Assembly: GCA_964106645.2 (NCBI GenBank)
Contig: OZ067041.1
Source: Podarcis pityusensis
Lineage: Eukaryota
Reading direction: 5' to 3' (one strand)
Length of the DNA: 64,000 nt
Below are positions 1 through 11,385 of the stretch, piece after piece. Under the pieces are notes generated by a model. The model was not told the DNA's origin and ran no database searches. It saw only the letters and a program-made list of their open reading frames with translations. The translations under genes were made by a program, and so were the position numbers. Positions within the stretch are counted from its first letter, which is position 1. Each line of letters begins with the position of its first letter.

Positions 1-153
1 TGTGGTATCTGGCAGTTAATGATGGTTTGGGGTTTTTTGTCTTACCTAAAGTTGATTAACCGTTTTGCCTCACCCAATGAATAATGCTTCTGTTGATGTC
101 AAGTGCTTTAAAATATTAGCATATAATATCTTTTCTTTTCTTAAAATTTGCAG

Positions 154-222
154 TTCCCAAATTCATATTTGCAGCAGTTGATCCAATGGTTAATCTAAAC
201 CCTTCTTGGAAGCCAAAAGAAG
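154..222 (+). CDS. EVA1C: EVA1C internal exon (alternative donor at 231)
   Basis: Acceptor tttgcag|TTCCC and donor GAAG|gtgaat; encodes (V)PKFIFAAVDPMVNLNPSWKPKE. Confidence 0.85.
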
Positions 223-3200
223 GTGAATATGGTCATTTTTATGGATCGCTACCAGCATTTGTCTTTTAAGTAAGACCCTACAATGGTTTGATCATATAAC
301 ATGTAAAAAATAGAATATACTACCAACCAAGTGAAATGAGACCTTAGCAGGCATTTCAAATCTAGGTGGCAGAAAACACCAGGTTCAGTTACTAACATTG
401 CCAGATAAAATGGTATCAGGACAAACACATTTTTTCCTAGAGTTAGGCCTCTTGAATTAAATGATTCATTAACATCTCTAGGATAAAGTTACTTTTTAAA
501 AAAGAACTCGTATTTGACTTGAGATCACAGAGAATCATGGGGATTTTAAAATTAAGAGCTCCTTTTGGGTAGGATATAAAAAAATCATTTGGTTAACTTA
601 CACACACATTTTCTAACAATTTTTAAAGTACTTTGCTGGCCCTCAACTGTGATCTAATCTAACAAACCTCTCATTTGTTTTTATCAGGTATAAATTTTGA
701 CCCAAAAGAATCAAGATTTCCAAAGAAAGAAGGAATTATAGTTAGCAACAGTTTGGCTATGTTTGCTTACATTAAAGGTAGAAATTGTGTGTTCTTCTTG
801 CCATTCTTCTTTGCATTCTTCTTACCAGTAATCCTGTTGAGTATAATTATACTGTTCCAGTACAGAAAATTAAATCCATGTATAGACCATGGCTGCAGTC
901 TATAGAGTCTGCTGTAGAGTCTGCACATTTAGAAGGACATCAGATGGACACTTTTTGATATGTAGGGATGGGGGAGAAATTCAGTTCCTACCAAATGCAC
1001 ATTTTTTGAAACAAAGCACAGCCATTTTTCGAAATTCTGAACTGCCAACTGCTGAAAAGAACTGTGCTGGTCTTAGTTTTTGTAAACTCAAAAGAGTTGT
1101 GCTTGTTCAAAAGCCTCTCTCCCTCTTTTACTCATACGCCTAGGACTTGCCGATCGCATGGTTGGCAGTTCGAATCCCCGCGGCGGGGTGAGCTCTCGTC
1201 GTTCGGTCCCAGCTCCTGCCCACCTAACAGTTCGAAAGCACCCTTAAGTGCAAGTAGATAAATAGGTATCGCTTTATAGCGGGAAGGTAAACGGCGTTTC
1301 CGTGTGCTGCTCTGGTGCCGGTTTGCTGGAGCAGCTTCGTCACGCTGGCCACGTGACCCGGAAGTGTCTGCGGACAGTGCTGGCTCCCGGCCTCTAGAGT
1401 GAGATGAGCGCACAACCCTAGAGTCTGTCAAGACTGGCCCGTACGGGCAGGGGTACCTTTACCTTTACCTTTACAGGTCCCTTGCTGTGGTGCTGTAGTG
1501 CTAAAGGATTTTGACACACCCACCCATCCAAGACTCCCAAACTTTTGACATTTTGTCTACACCCATTTTGATAGGCAGCCCTTGGAGGGTTGACCATGGG
1601 TCAATGTTTCCCTTGCCCTGTGCCCAATGTTGCCCTTAGCCACCCCATTTTAGTGAACTTTGGTTGATTGCTTTTCATTGCTGTTCGGATGTTTTTATCT
1701 TTCTGGTTTCTGCTGTTCTGTTCTTTCTTTTAAAATGTTTGTTTGTTTATCACCATATTTATATCCCACCTTTCTTCTAAGGAGCTGAAGGTGGCATACA
1801 CACATCTCCCCTTCCCCATGGTACCCTTACAATGACCCGGCAAGGTAGGTTAGACTAGGAGATGGGAACTGGCCTAAGATCTTTCAGGGAGCTTCAGTAC
1901 TGAGTGGGCATTTGGATCCTGGTCTCTAAGGTCTCACATTGCCTTTAGTGTTTTATTGTATTTTAAACCAATGTATTGTATTTCTGCCCTCCTAACCTGA
2001 CCCGGAAGCCTCCTTTAACTATTTTGAATGGCAGGAAATAAACCCGGAATGGGGGACCTGTGGCCTTCCAGACATTGCTCTAAACTCCCTTCCCCTTTGA
2101 CCAACTATGGGAGTTGACATCCAGAGGGATACAGGCCCACTATCCCTCATATAAATGTTTTAAATAAATAAATAGAATCTTCCTAGGCCCATAGAATCTG
2201 ACAGCTGCTCATTTCAGATCATTCTATGGAGATTTGCAATCACATCTTAAAGTAATTTGGATGCAGTTTATCTAGAGCTGCCTTATGTAACATTAATGCT
2301 GTTTTCTATGAACCTGCTTGGTTCTGGCTCCGTCTGCATTGACCAGAATGCCACACATTAATAGACCAATGTGCTATACAGATGACAGATACATTGTTGT
2401 GCTGCTTTCTTAGCATGCTATGGGTGTGGGTCAGAGGGGGGGGGCAATAACGTGGTTATCCCTAATGGCGGGTTAAAAGTGCTTGCTTTGAAGACGTAAA
2501 ATGCACTTTTAGGATTAAGTGCTTTGGGATGATCATTAGAACTGTACAGGTAGGATTTAGAACAGAGATACTCAGATATTGTTGCATGGTCTTTGAAGCC
2601 AAATAGTACAAATGCCAAAAGTAAAGAACTAACAATAGCTGGCGAACTTTTCCAGAAATAGGCAGCTCTGAGGCAGATACAAACAGCTTTTCAGCGGCAA
2701 AGCTTCCCCTCTGCTTTACCCCTAGAGCAGCCAGCTTCCTAGTGAGTCACACATTTGGCTGAAGTATGGTACCGCCTACACCAGGAGAGAAGCACTTGAA
2801 GATCTAGCCTTAGGCTTTAAGGATTATGGTGCCCACACTTAGACGGCTCAGCTGTCTCCCTGTGCCATGGTGCTTTGTGGTCAAGCAGGCAGGATCAGCT
2901 AGCCAGAGACAAGTTAGCAGAGCCTGGTGAACCTTGTAGGCTTGGAGTGGCACAACAGGACAGGGCCTTTTCAGAAATGAAGATCTTTCATCACTACCCC
3001 CTTGTCTGGCCCTCCCTTTATAACCCTTTAGTCTGGGATTTTGTTTCTAATTTCAGATCACCCTGAAAGAGCTGCTCTCTTGTTTGTGTCTAGTGTTTGT
3101 GTTGGCCTCGTGCTCACACTCTGTGCTCTGGTGGTCCATGTGTCATGCTCTAATGACCTGGAAAAACTGCGGAGGGTCAGAAAGCGCTTGATACCAGAGG

Positions 3201-3496
3201 ACAAAAAGGCTGATGAAAACAGTGAAGAGGAGGAGGAGGAAGAAGATGAGGAGGAGGAGCAGGAAGAGGAAAGAGAGGAGTCTTCCAGTTCTGATTTTCC
3301 CGATGAACTAGCAGGGTTCTGCAGGACTTCCTATTCAGCTTATTGTTCAATGGACCCAGCTGAACTTGCTGAAAGGATAGAGCGGAGAGAACAGATCATC
3401 CAGGAAATCTGGATGAGCAGTGGGTTGGATGCATCTCCTACTCGAAGCCTCAGTCCATTTTATACCAATGAACAGCAATGCATTTGTTTTGGATGA
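154..3496 (+). CDS. EVA1C: Protein eva-1 homolog C (C21orf63), 3' part. Exons 154-222 (or 154-231), 688-777 and 3057-3496.
   Basis: The spliced translation PKFIFAAVDPMVNLNPSWKPKE(GEY)GINFDPKESRFPKKEGIIVSNSLAMFAYIK-DHPERAALLFVSSVCVGLVLTLCALV...AELAERIERREQIIQEIWMSSGLD matches the EVA1 domain and transmembrane segment of EVA1C. Junctions are GT-AG and phase 1. Confidence 0.96.
688..777 (+). CDS. EVA1C: EVA1C penultimate exon (90 nt)
   Basis: ttatcag|GTATAAAT...ATTAAAG|gtagaa; encodes GINFDP...SNSLAMFAYIK. Confidence 0.93.
963..1137. mobile_element. Truncated hAT-type non-autonomous element, same family as 7155-7570
   Basis: Starts tagggatgggggagaaattca, nearly the same as the left end at 7155; interrupted by the Sauria SINE. 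Confidence 0.5.
1138..1475 (+). mobile_element. Sauria SINE (lacertid POM-type), 5'-truncated and young
   Basis: B-box gttcgaatccc, diagnostic core gtgcaagtagataaataggta and gctggccacgtgacccggaag, an (ACCTTT)n tail, and retained CpGs. Confidence 0.9.
1745..1935 (-). mobile_element. tRNA-derived squamate SINE (Squam3/MIR-like), degenerate
   Basis: tttatatcccacctttc...ggagctgaaggtggc...ggtaggttagact...tgagtgggcatttggatcctggtctc; similar copies at about 10220-10320 and 39660-39760. Confidence 0.55.
3057..3496 (+). CDS. EVA1C: EVA1C last coding exon (transmembrane helix, acidic tract, cytoplasmic tail)
   Basis: tttcag|ATCACCCTGAAAGA; HPERAALLFVSSVC; TGA at 3494-3496. Confidence 0.95.
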
Positions 3497-3512
3497 AAAA
3501 CGCTATTTTTGC

Positions 3513-3533
3513 AATAAAAAAGAAGAAAATAAA
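3513..3533 (+). terminator. Candidate EVA1C polyadenylation signals (AATAAA at 3513 and 3528)
   Basis: Two AATAAA hexamers lie just after the stop codon. Their use is not established, and an ATTAAA also occurs near 3729. Confidence 0.35.
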
Positions 3534-4998
3534 GGAGGAGAAATGTACTTTCTGTGAAGGGACATTTGCAACTCCTAGAAATAATTATTTGCAAAGTTAT
3601 ATTATTAATAATTATAATAATTAAATGCTTTAAAATATGTGTGTGTTGCATATACTGACTTTATGCCTCTGATTAATTGTACGTTATCATTCTATCTAAA
3701 CCATTTCTGTTTGAAAGTGAATGACCGTATTAAAAACCAGCACAACACACATTTCCACTAAGGAAATTACATTTCTGAAAGGTACTGAAGATAAAAAGAG
3801 AGGCTACTGCAGAACTAAATGGGTCACTTTGCAGACTTCTTTTCAAAATAACCTTTAGAAAAATCCCGTATGGTTTAGGCCAATCAAATCTAAAGTTAAA
3901 TCAGAAATTTATTCCTTTAGAGAAGAATGTCTCCCACATTTAGTCACAATCTGTAGGGAACTAGAAGAACAAAAGGAGGAAAAATGTCACTTCCTACTTG
4001 TGATACTTAGGAGTTGTCCGTTCTTTCCCTATGCAGAACTCACACGTTAATGTAGTAGCATAAGATATACTAGGGTGGAGTGGACTTTGGCTTTTCATTT
4101 CCTATTGTTTTAAAGGAAAATTGGAGCTTGGGAAAAATTAATAAAAGGGAACATTTGCCAATTACTAATTAGTGAGCTCATACTGAATCAGAAAACCTTC
4201 AGCCTGATTCATTTCCTAGTAAGTCAGGAAGCTAATAAACTTGCCAAGAAGTCCTTAAAAAAAATAGAAGAATCAAAGAATTGGAAAGGACAGAAAAGCA
4301 GGCTATTGCAAGGCCAGAAAATGCATTCATAACCCCCACCCACAATGGACTGATCCAGACTGCATGACACCAGCAGGGCAGGCACACAGTGAGAAGGTGC
4401 TTACTGAGCAATAGCTGGGGGGGGGGGGGAGGATCATGCAAATTTATCCAACAAAGGCACAGTTCAAACACTTACTAAGCAAGTGTTATAACTAGCCAAA
4501 CCAAGAGGCAGATAAAGACATATAAGATCTGCTCCTCCTTCTGGTCCTTCCTCTAACCAATAGGATCTGGGTTGGCCTGCCAACTTGTCCTTTGGTGCCG
4601 CTGTTTTGACCCCAGGTCAGTCATCTGTCACCTATGAGGGGACTGACCTGTTGTTCTACTGAAATCTTAGTGGATGAGCAGAGGCCAGGGTGCACACCAC
4701 ATCTCCACCACATGAGAAGTGCTGCCTCTGGAGGTGCCTAAACTGGCTAAATCAAATGATGCAAATCTAACCCACAGTGTAAGCGACACAAGCTAGAAAA
4801 GTAACACATCTCAGAAATAAAAGGGTATGTCAGTCTCTTTGCTTGCTATTTTGCTTAAACATATATTGCTCTACCACTATATACATTTTAAGAGTGTACT
4901 CTTATGTCGGTAGCATTAGTTTTTGCAGCCCAGGATATTATCATTAAATTTATTGGCAAAATCGGTTAGCTGGAATTTAGGCTTAATATTATGCTTAC

Positions 4999-5173
4999 CA
5001 GTGGTGGGGCTGGGGAGGCCATAGCCCTGGGCATGCTTTTTTGAGGGGGCGTGACCAGGCACCCCCACAAGAGGATCCTGGAGGTGGAGAGAGGCTGCAA
5101 CGTGCGAGGTGCCCGGTCCCTGACACCCTCAGGGGCGCAGCCCTGAGCGTAGTTAGCTTAGACTCCACCACTG
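4999..5173. mobile_element. hAT MITE, related to 19586-19732
   Basis: TIRs cagtggtgg/ccaccactg; flanks atgcttac/atgcttgg (6/8 TSD). Confidence 0.7.
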
Positions 5174-5394
5174 ATGCTTGGAGCTATTCTGCTCCAAAAT
5201 GTCTAGTTCTGAAACTGAAACCTGGAATTCTTTCAATAAATCTGCCTCATGTAAAATTGAGTTTCAGAACTTTCCCAGCATTGCCAAAGTTCATTAATTA
5301 GTAGCATGTAGACTTACAAGCTTATCCTGTGTAAGAATGGTTGCATTTTCACTGCCTGGCAAAATCCGGATTCCCTGGCATATATGTACCCTGA

Positions 5395-5675
5395 TGAGTG
5401 GAGGCTGGTTTATTAGGGAAAATGGGGCACTGCCCCACCAACCTCAAGTCTGACACCAGTCAACGCCTACCTGCTTGTCTTCTTACTTACCTGTTCAAGA
5501 GGTGGCACTGTCTTCTTCTTGCTTAGTCTCAGTGCCACCTCTTGTAGAAGACAGCAGGGAGGATGGGGACAAGTATAACTCATTGGCTGTATCTATTGGC
5601 TCTGGCTCTGGCTCCACCTACAGTTGGTCTCCCTACTTTCCACCCTACCAGAGCCCCAATGGGCACCAGTCACCC
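5395..5675. mobile_element. Degenerate hAT-like MITE with an internal 15-bp inverted repeat
   Basis: Ends agtggaggctggt / gcaccagtcaccct; internal caagaggtggcactg (5496-5510) and cagtgccacctcttg (5530-5544). Confidence 0.45.
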
Positions 5676-7154
5676 TTATTATGCACGTGGTTTGTAGTGT
5701 GTACACATTACATTTTCTGGCATAAAGATCAAGGGTTTTGAGTATACTTTTAAAAATGCAGTTTGTAAAGAAGTCCCTAGAAGCATTCTAAATTAAACAG
5801 TAAATAAAGGGGAGTGGAGCTGGGGCAGAGGAGGAAAGAGGAATAACTTTTATGAAATGTCCTGAAAAATTGTCAACTTGCAGAAAACGAGAAGCCTGTT
5901 TGGAAAGTCCTGCTTTGAATTTTGTTGTTGTTGTTATTGTTTTATCTTTGAGGAAGAAATCTGTGGTAGTTGGATATCAGCAGGATGCAAATACTGAAAC
6001 AACAAGAATGATAAAGTTGCCAGTATCTTAAAAATAAAAAGCAAATCTAAAATCAAAGGATACAGTTGCATAAGGGGGCACACAGTGTCACTCTAAAGGT
6101 AAGGACTTCCAAAGATAACAAGAAAGAAGAGGCTTAGCAGTGCGTTTTGTATGCTCAAATACAGTGGCATTGCTTAAGAAACAAATACTATAAACAGGGC
6201 TTGCAAGTTACGCGTGTGTCCCCTAAAAGCATCTACCGGTACCTATTAGGGTCATCTTACACCTTCTTACTTTATGTTTAATGACACTACATTCTGTTAC
6301 AACAAATAACTTTTAGTATTTGTGGTTCAATGTAAACCTTTAATGGAGATCAGTTCTTTTAAAAATTATACCATTTGCCCCTTTGAATAGCTAGGCCACC
6401 TAGGAATCAAATGTTTCCTATTGGGACTGCCCATTCTAAGGATGAAAAAGAAGTTGAAAATTAATCCTTTTTGAAACCCAAGCCTTTTATCCAAACTCAT
6501 TCAGCTGTTGCATGTACAACATTTCTCTGAGGCCCAAAGCATGCAGCTGCACCTCGGAGGTTTTTCAGGACGCTATTGTGATCAGCCAGCCAAGGCACTG
6601 CTGTTTGAAAGGTGTGGTAAAGATGACAATGGGAAAGGTGTGGCATCACATTAAAGCAACCTTGAGGTTTCCTTTCACTCGAGCGAGGACCTGAAACAGT
6701 TGGAAAAATATAAAATGGGGGTGTCAAGGAGGGAGGTGGATTGGAAACGGAAATGCCTTCGAAGCTAGTCAACTGGCTTGACTCAAGCACTGTGAAGTGC
6801 CTTGTAACACAATCTATTCTACTGTAACATAGCTGAGCACCATAGACAAACTTGGATGCTTTCATTCCAAGTAACACAATGAAAGCCATTTGGTAACTGA
6901 AAGGACTTGCTCCAAAGCGCCATTGACATTGAAAGGATGGAATGACTTTGATGGTGGTGTTTGTTTTGTTTTTAAGATTAGATTCCTTCTATGACTCAGA
7001 GTTGTTTTTAATGTGTGGTTATTTAAAAAAAAGTTCACTGAAAGTTTTTACTGGTTCTGCTCCACAGAGAATCCTCTCTCAAACTGAAAGAATGTACAGC
7101 TCTTAAAGGAACACTGAATTAAGCTGCATAATGGAATCAATTAGAAATGGTGGA

Positions 7155-7570
7155 TAGGAATGGAGGAGAAATTCAATTCAGTTGGCATTTAAAGCTGAAT
7201 CTATTAAATTCACACTTTCTAGAACAATATACAAACCAAAATACAGCTATTCTTTGAAATTCACTCTTACCCAAATTTTGCAATGCAGTTCTCCAAACAA
7301 GCAATGTTTACAAAAATGAATATATTAGGGGAAAGTGTGCATACAAATGAAGGTATCGGTGAAAGTAGCATACAAAAGTGCCTTATATTTGAAAAATGTG
7401 CTTGCAAAAATGTGTACATTAGTCAAAACTGCATATGAAATGTGTTTGGAGAAATTTGTACAAAATGCTGATGAATCCTCAAAAGCTTTTTCTTTAAATG
7501 CAAATTGCTGCAAAATGTGGAGAACTGAAGTTAGGATTGGAAAACTAAGAAACAGATCTTTCCATACCTA
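7155..7570. mobile_element. Non-autonomous hAT element
   Basis: Imperfect TIRs taggaatgga/tccataccta; 8-bp TSD atggtgga/atgatgga (7/8). Confidence 0.7.
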
Positions 7571-8739
7571 ATGATGGATATGTTGATCGCCCACACAGTA
7601 ACTTAGTTCTATAGCAGATGGTAGTGGTGATGAGGCAGGACTGCGGATTAGCTCTTTGAAGGAGTCCTTAGTGGTATTGTACATCCACTGAAATTAATGG
7701 CACTAATTTAATTTCAGTGGGTCTACCCAGAGTAAAACTTAGTTGAATGCCATCTATTGCTCCTTTCTGCAGATGGATGATATCCCACTTTCCTGGCCCC
7801 ACAAGAACCTCCATTTTCTTCTCATATAGGGTACACTGTATTAGTATCAGCATAGGCAGACATAGAATAATTCATCCAAATTTCAATCTCACAAAATATC
7901 CTATGTACCTATAGCATTGAAGGGAGAGTGGAATACATTACTAATACCCAAAGTCCCCTCCTCCCTAACATTCAGATGACCACAGGCAAGTTGTTAAAAT
8001 CAGGAAATGCCCACATGGATTTCTCAGTAAAATACTACTGTACTGAAAAGTTATAAATGGGGAACTTTTTTAAGGAGTTAATTGAACTTCAATTTATTAT
8101 TTATGTTTCCTTGTAAGTTCTCTCCCTCCCACATTATAATCTTGGGATAAGAAATTAAAAGTGTGCTTTTTTTCCTTGTGAGGGAAGTGCCAAGTTTCCT
8201 CATTTCTCTGTGAACTTCCTCATTCCAAGTGCCCAAAATTTATTGCAGTACAGCATGTACTTGTTGGTGTACAATGAAAGGCAAGTCATGTCCTTGAAAC
8301 TGACAAGCAGCATTTGTATTGTAAAGTATGTACTAATTCTGTCATGCATGTTTGTTTTTGCTTCATCTCAGCTATGCTTTTTAACAGTATGCTTTTGTCC
8401 ATAGTATTGTATGGCAGAGAGAGACAGAAAGTACATCAAGAATTAATCTCTAGCTCACTTTGCATTTGATCTTCAAGGGTTTCCAATTCCCTTCTAAATT
8501 AGGCTACTTAAATGAAGAACGTAGGGTGTATGCACAGACCAGGAATGACTTTTTGAGTGACAGACTTGGGAGCTGTGCTCAGACACTGTAAACAAAGTTA
8601 GAATCCCTGCTCTGTAATAACATCAGCTGGCTGGAGCTGATGGGAGTTGTAGTCCAAAACGTCTGGAAGGCACCAGGTTGGAAAAGGCTGTTCTAGACCT
8701 TCCATCTAGTAACAGCAACTTCCTGTAGCCATCTTACCT

Positions 8740-9100
8740 CTTGAACACCCTCCCTGGCAATCCGATCTCCTCCTCAGTCAACCTCCATCCTCTCCTTAAG
8801 TGTTGTGCCATTTCTTCAGTCTTCTTTCATCCCGGTTCCCTAATTCAAGTTGCCTGCTACTCCTCCAGGTTTTATTTTCTTAGCCCAATCCTTCCTCTAG
8901 CTTCCTTGCCTCCACCTGTTTGTCCCTTAAATTCCCTACATACCTGGACCTCTTTTCACTCCTCAACCTGCCTGTGTGAGGTTTAATCCTAGCCAACCTG
9001 ACTTTTCCTTGCTTTCCAGAGAGCACTGTAAACTGCTTAATTCCCTCAGCGACTGAACATTCTTTATCACTCGGTGACCCATGCCAGGATCTGGAGGTTT
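8740..9100 (+). mobile_element. Ancient L2 LINE reverse-transcriptase fragment
   Basis: Degenerate motifs in the expected order: CYSSRFYFLS (~CYADDTQLYLS), LNSLHTW (~LSDISAW), RFNPSQPDF (~KLNPSKTEL), SVTHAR-L (~PTARNLGV). Confidence 0.5.
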
Positions 9101-10669
9101 CACCAACACAAGAATAAATGCAATACAGATGGAGCAGAGGACAGAAATTCATGGACACAGACATTGCTTCATGGCACTTTTCCTGCTTCTAAAAGTGATT
9201 GATAAGCGCTATTTCAAAAACACAGTTACTAGTTTTGCCTTTGGGTCTTTATTAAACAAATCACACACATCTGTTATGGTTGCGCACCAGCCTGGACATG
9301 AATGTCTTGTTACCTACAGTGACGTAAACTCCTAAGTAGTATTGCTCAAGCTCAGCAGTTAGATTCCGTATATGCTATTTTAGAGTATCAGATCTTCCAT
9401 CCCTCTGCAGTGTGGACACAAAAAACATTCAGACTGAACATAGGCAGTGTGCAGGCAATGTTGTTATCACTATTAAACTGAAAACTGATCCTTTTAAATT
9501 GAGTTCAGTTTGCTAGTATAATCATTTGAGCTTCTGCCCAGCAAAACGTAAAACCAAAGCTGAGAAGAGTAATGCTGCTGTGAAGCCTGATAATTGTTCT
9601 GTGCAACTGCTGTAATTTTAAAGTGTCTCTACAGCACAATGTAGCAAGGGTGGCTATAAAAGTATGCATCTCTCTCTCTCTCCCTGTGTGTGTACCACAA
9701 GCTCATTGCTTTTGCTCACCGCCAATCCCAAAATAATAGAGTTAAGGACATGCTCCCTATGTCCCTAGGAGTAATAAGCCTTACCTTGGGCAGCAGTTCT
9801 GGCTCAGACTTAGATGTATGTGGCGGGTCCAGCTAGATTAGAAAGACCAGAAGCAAAAATCACAGAATAGCATTCTTACCAAAGATACCAATCTTCACAC
9901 CCCACTTTCCATTTATTTTTTAAAAAGGAAATACATTCATTTGTTACTCTGATACCAGATCCCGTTGAGAAATTTTATTCAGATTACAGAGAGACTTCCT
10001 GGTGTTGCCTTTAAGATACAATGTTATTTAAAAAGAACAAATTATAATAAATATCATTTATTTAAAAAATAAAAAGAACAAATTATCTTTGAGTTCATGG
10101 AACTCATCGTTCTTTTAAAAATATCAGTTGACTTTCTATTTCAGCTCAAGTCTACAGTATTGTTGACTGCAAGGTTTTCTGGCAGGATAGCTATTTACAT
10201 CCTAGCAATTATTTATTATGCAATATTTATTTCCTGCCTTTCCTGCAAGGAGCTCAAGGAGGCATATAGAGTATCCTTCCCATTTTATCTTCACAACAAT
10301 CCTGCAAAGCAATTAACCCAAGATATTAAAAAAGCACTGATCAAATTGTCCTTACTGTGGCTGCTCAGATGACCAGGTTCCATGAACTGATATGTATTTT
10401 TAAAAATATTTTACACCGCCCTTCAAGGCAACAGGGCTAGATCATGTCTGATAAATCCACGCTTCTTTCAACCATAATTTAAATAATGCCTAATGATTAT
10501 GTATGGCAGGAGTGTAAAAATGACCTAATTCTCCACATGGTTGGAGCTATAATGGGGAAATAGTTGTTTATCCATTTATCTCTAAAATGGGTAAAGTAGG
10601 AATAAACAGTGGATACCCCAGATTGTGATGAGTTCTCCATTAATGTTTGAATCACACAGTTGCAAACAT

Positions 10670-10869
10670 GGGTCCGGAACCAGAATTCAACTTCTGCAGA
10701 TGAAAAGGCTCCTTCTGTCCATTGAATGCTTTGATTCAACAGAGGGATCCCATTGGTAGGGAGGAGGAAAGGACTTTTGGCCATTCCTCTCTGGAACAGT
10801 GTGGTAATGCTGGAGGCTGCATAGGGAGGGAGAAATTGGCACTGGCAGGAGTGAAGTCTGGATCCAACA
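10670..10869. mobile_element. Palindromic MITE of the GGTTGGATCCA-TIR family (other copies at about 27100-27308, 43543-43827, 46838-47077, 48588-48813 and 50389-50560)
   Basis: Shared ggttg(g/t)atcca...tggat(c/a)caacc termini and internal fold-back; superfamily uncertain, possibly PIF/Harbinger. Confidence 0.55.
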
Positions 10870-10983
10870 AATGGTCTACACATTAAAAAAAGTGTTGCCT
10901 TCTAAAGTAGCTTACATCATTTTGAACACCTTAATTACAATGGACAAACAGAAACAAGACAGCTGTAGAATGACGACAACCAG

Positions 10984-10989
10984 TTTAAT
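10984..10989 (-). terminator. Candidate CFAP298 polyadenylation signal (ATTAAA; an AATAAA also lies at 11081-11086)
   Basis: Minus-strand ATTAAA followed by a GU/U-rich downstream element (tgtcttgtttctgtttgt). Confidence 0.4.
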
Positions 10990-11274
10990 AATATGACAGC
11001 CATGCTGGTGAACTAGTTTAAAATATAAACATCCAATTTGTAAGTCTATTGTAGTGGATTCACAAAATAAGCTTTAGTTTTTTATTTCTAAAAGGCAAGT
11101 GTGTCAAAGAGGCTGAATATATTTTGCAATCAATCATAACAATAGATCACTTCTACAAAACTAGAAGCTAATATTTCACAATAATTATAATGCACATTTT
11201 ATCATCCATGTTATTTGTAAACCTCAGTGGATTAAATTATCTTGTAAAAAGGAAAAAAAACTGCATACATAGCT

Positions 11275-11385
11275 TCATTTAGGTCTCCACTTAATGTCCT
11301 TTACACCATGAAAATGTCTTTTCAAGGCATGACTGTCAGCCCATTCAGAATCTAAAAATGAATCATCATCATTTTCTTCCAATTT
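11275..11385 (-). CDS. CFAP298: CFAP298 last coding exon
   Basis: KLEENDDDSFLDSEWADSHALKRHFHGVKDIKWRPK*. Confidence 0.95.
   Translation of the reverse strand, partial: KLEENDDDSFLDSEWADSHALKRHFHGVKDIKWRPK

Noticed and set aside
3479-3496. CaaX prenylation signal at the EVA1C C-terminus
   Set aside because: The terminus is CICFG, with cysteines at -5 and -3 rather than -4.
8737-9090. Purine-rich minus-strand segment bounded by AG/GT (ORF 8880-9164)
   Set aside because: All three frames contain stops across the segment; it is better explained as the antisense of an old L2 RT fragment.
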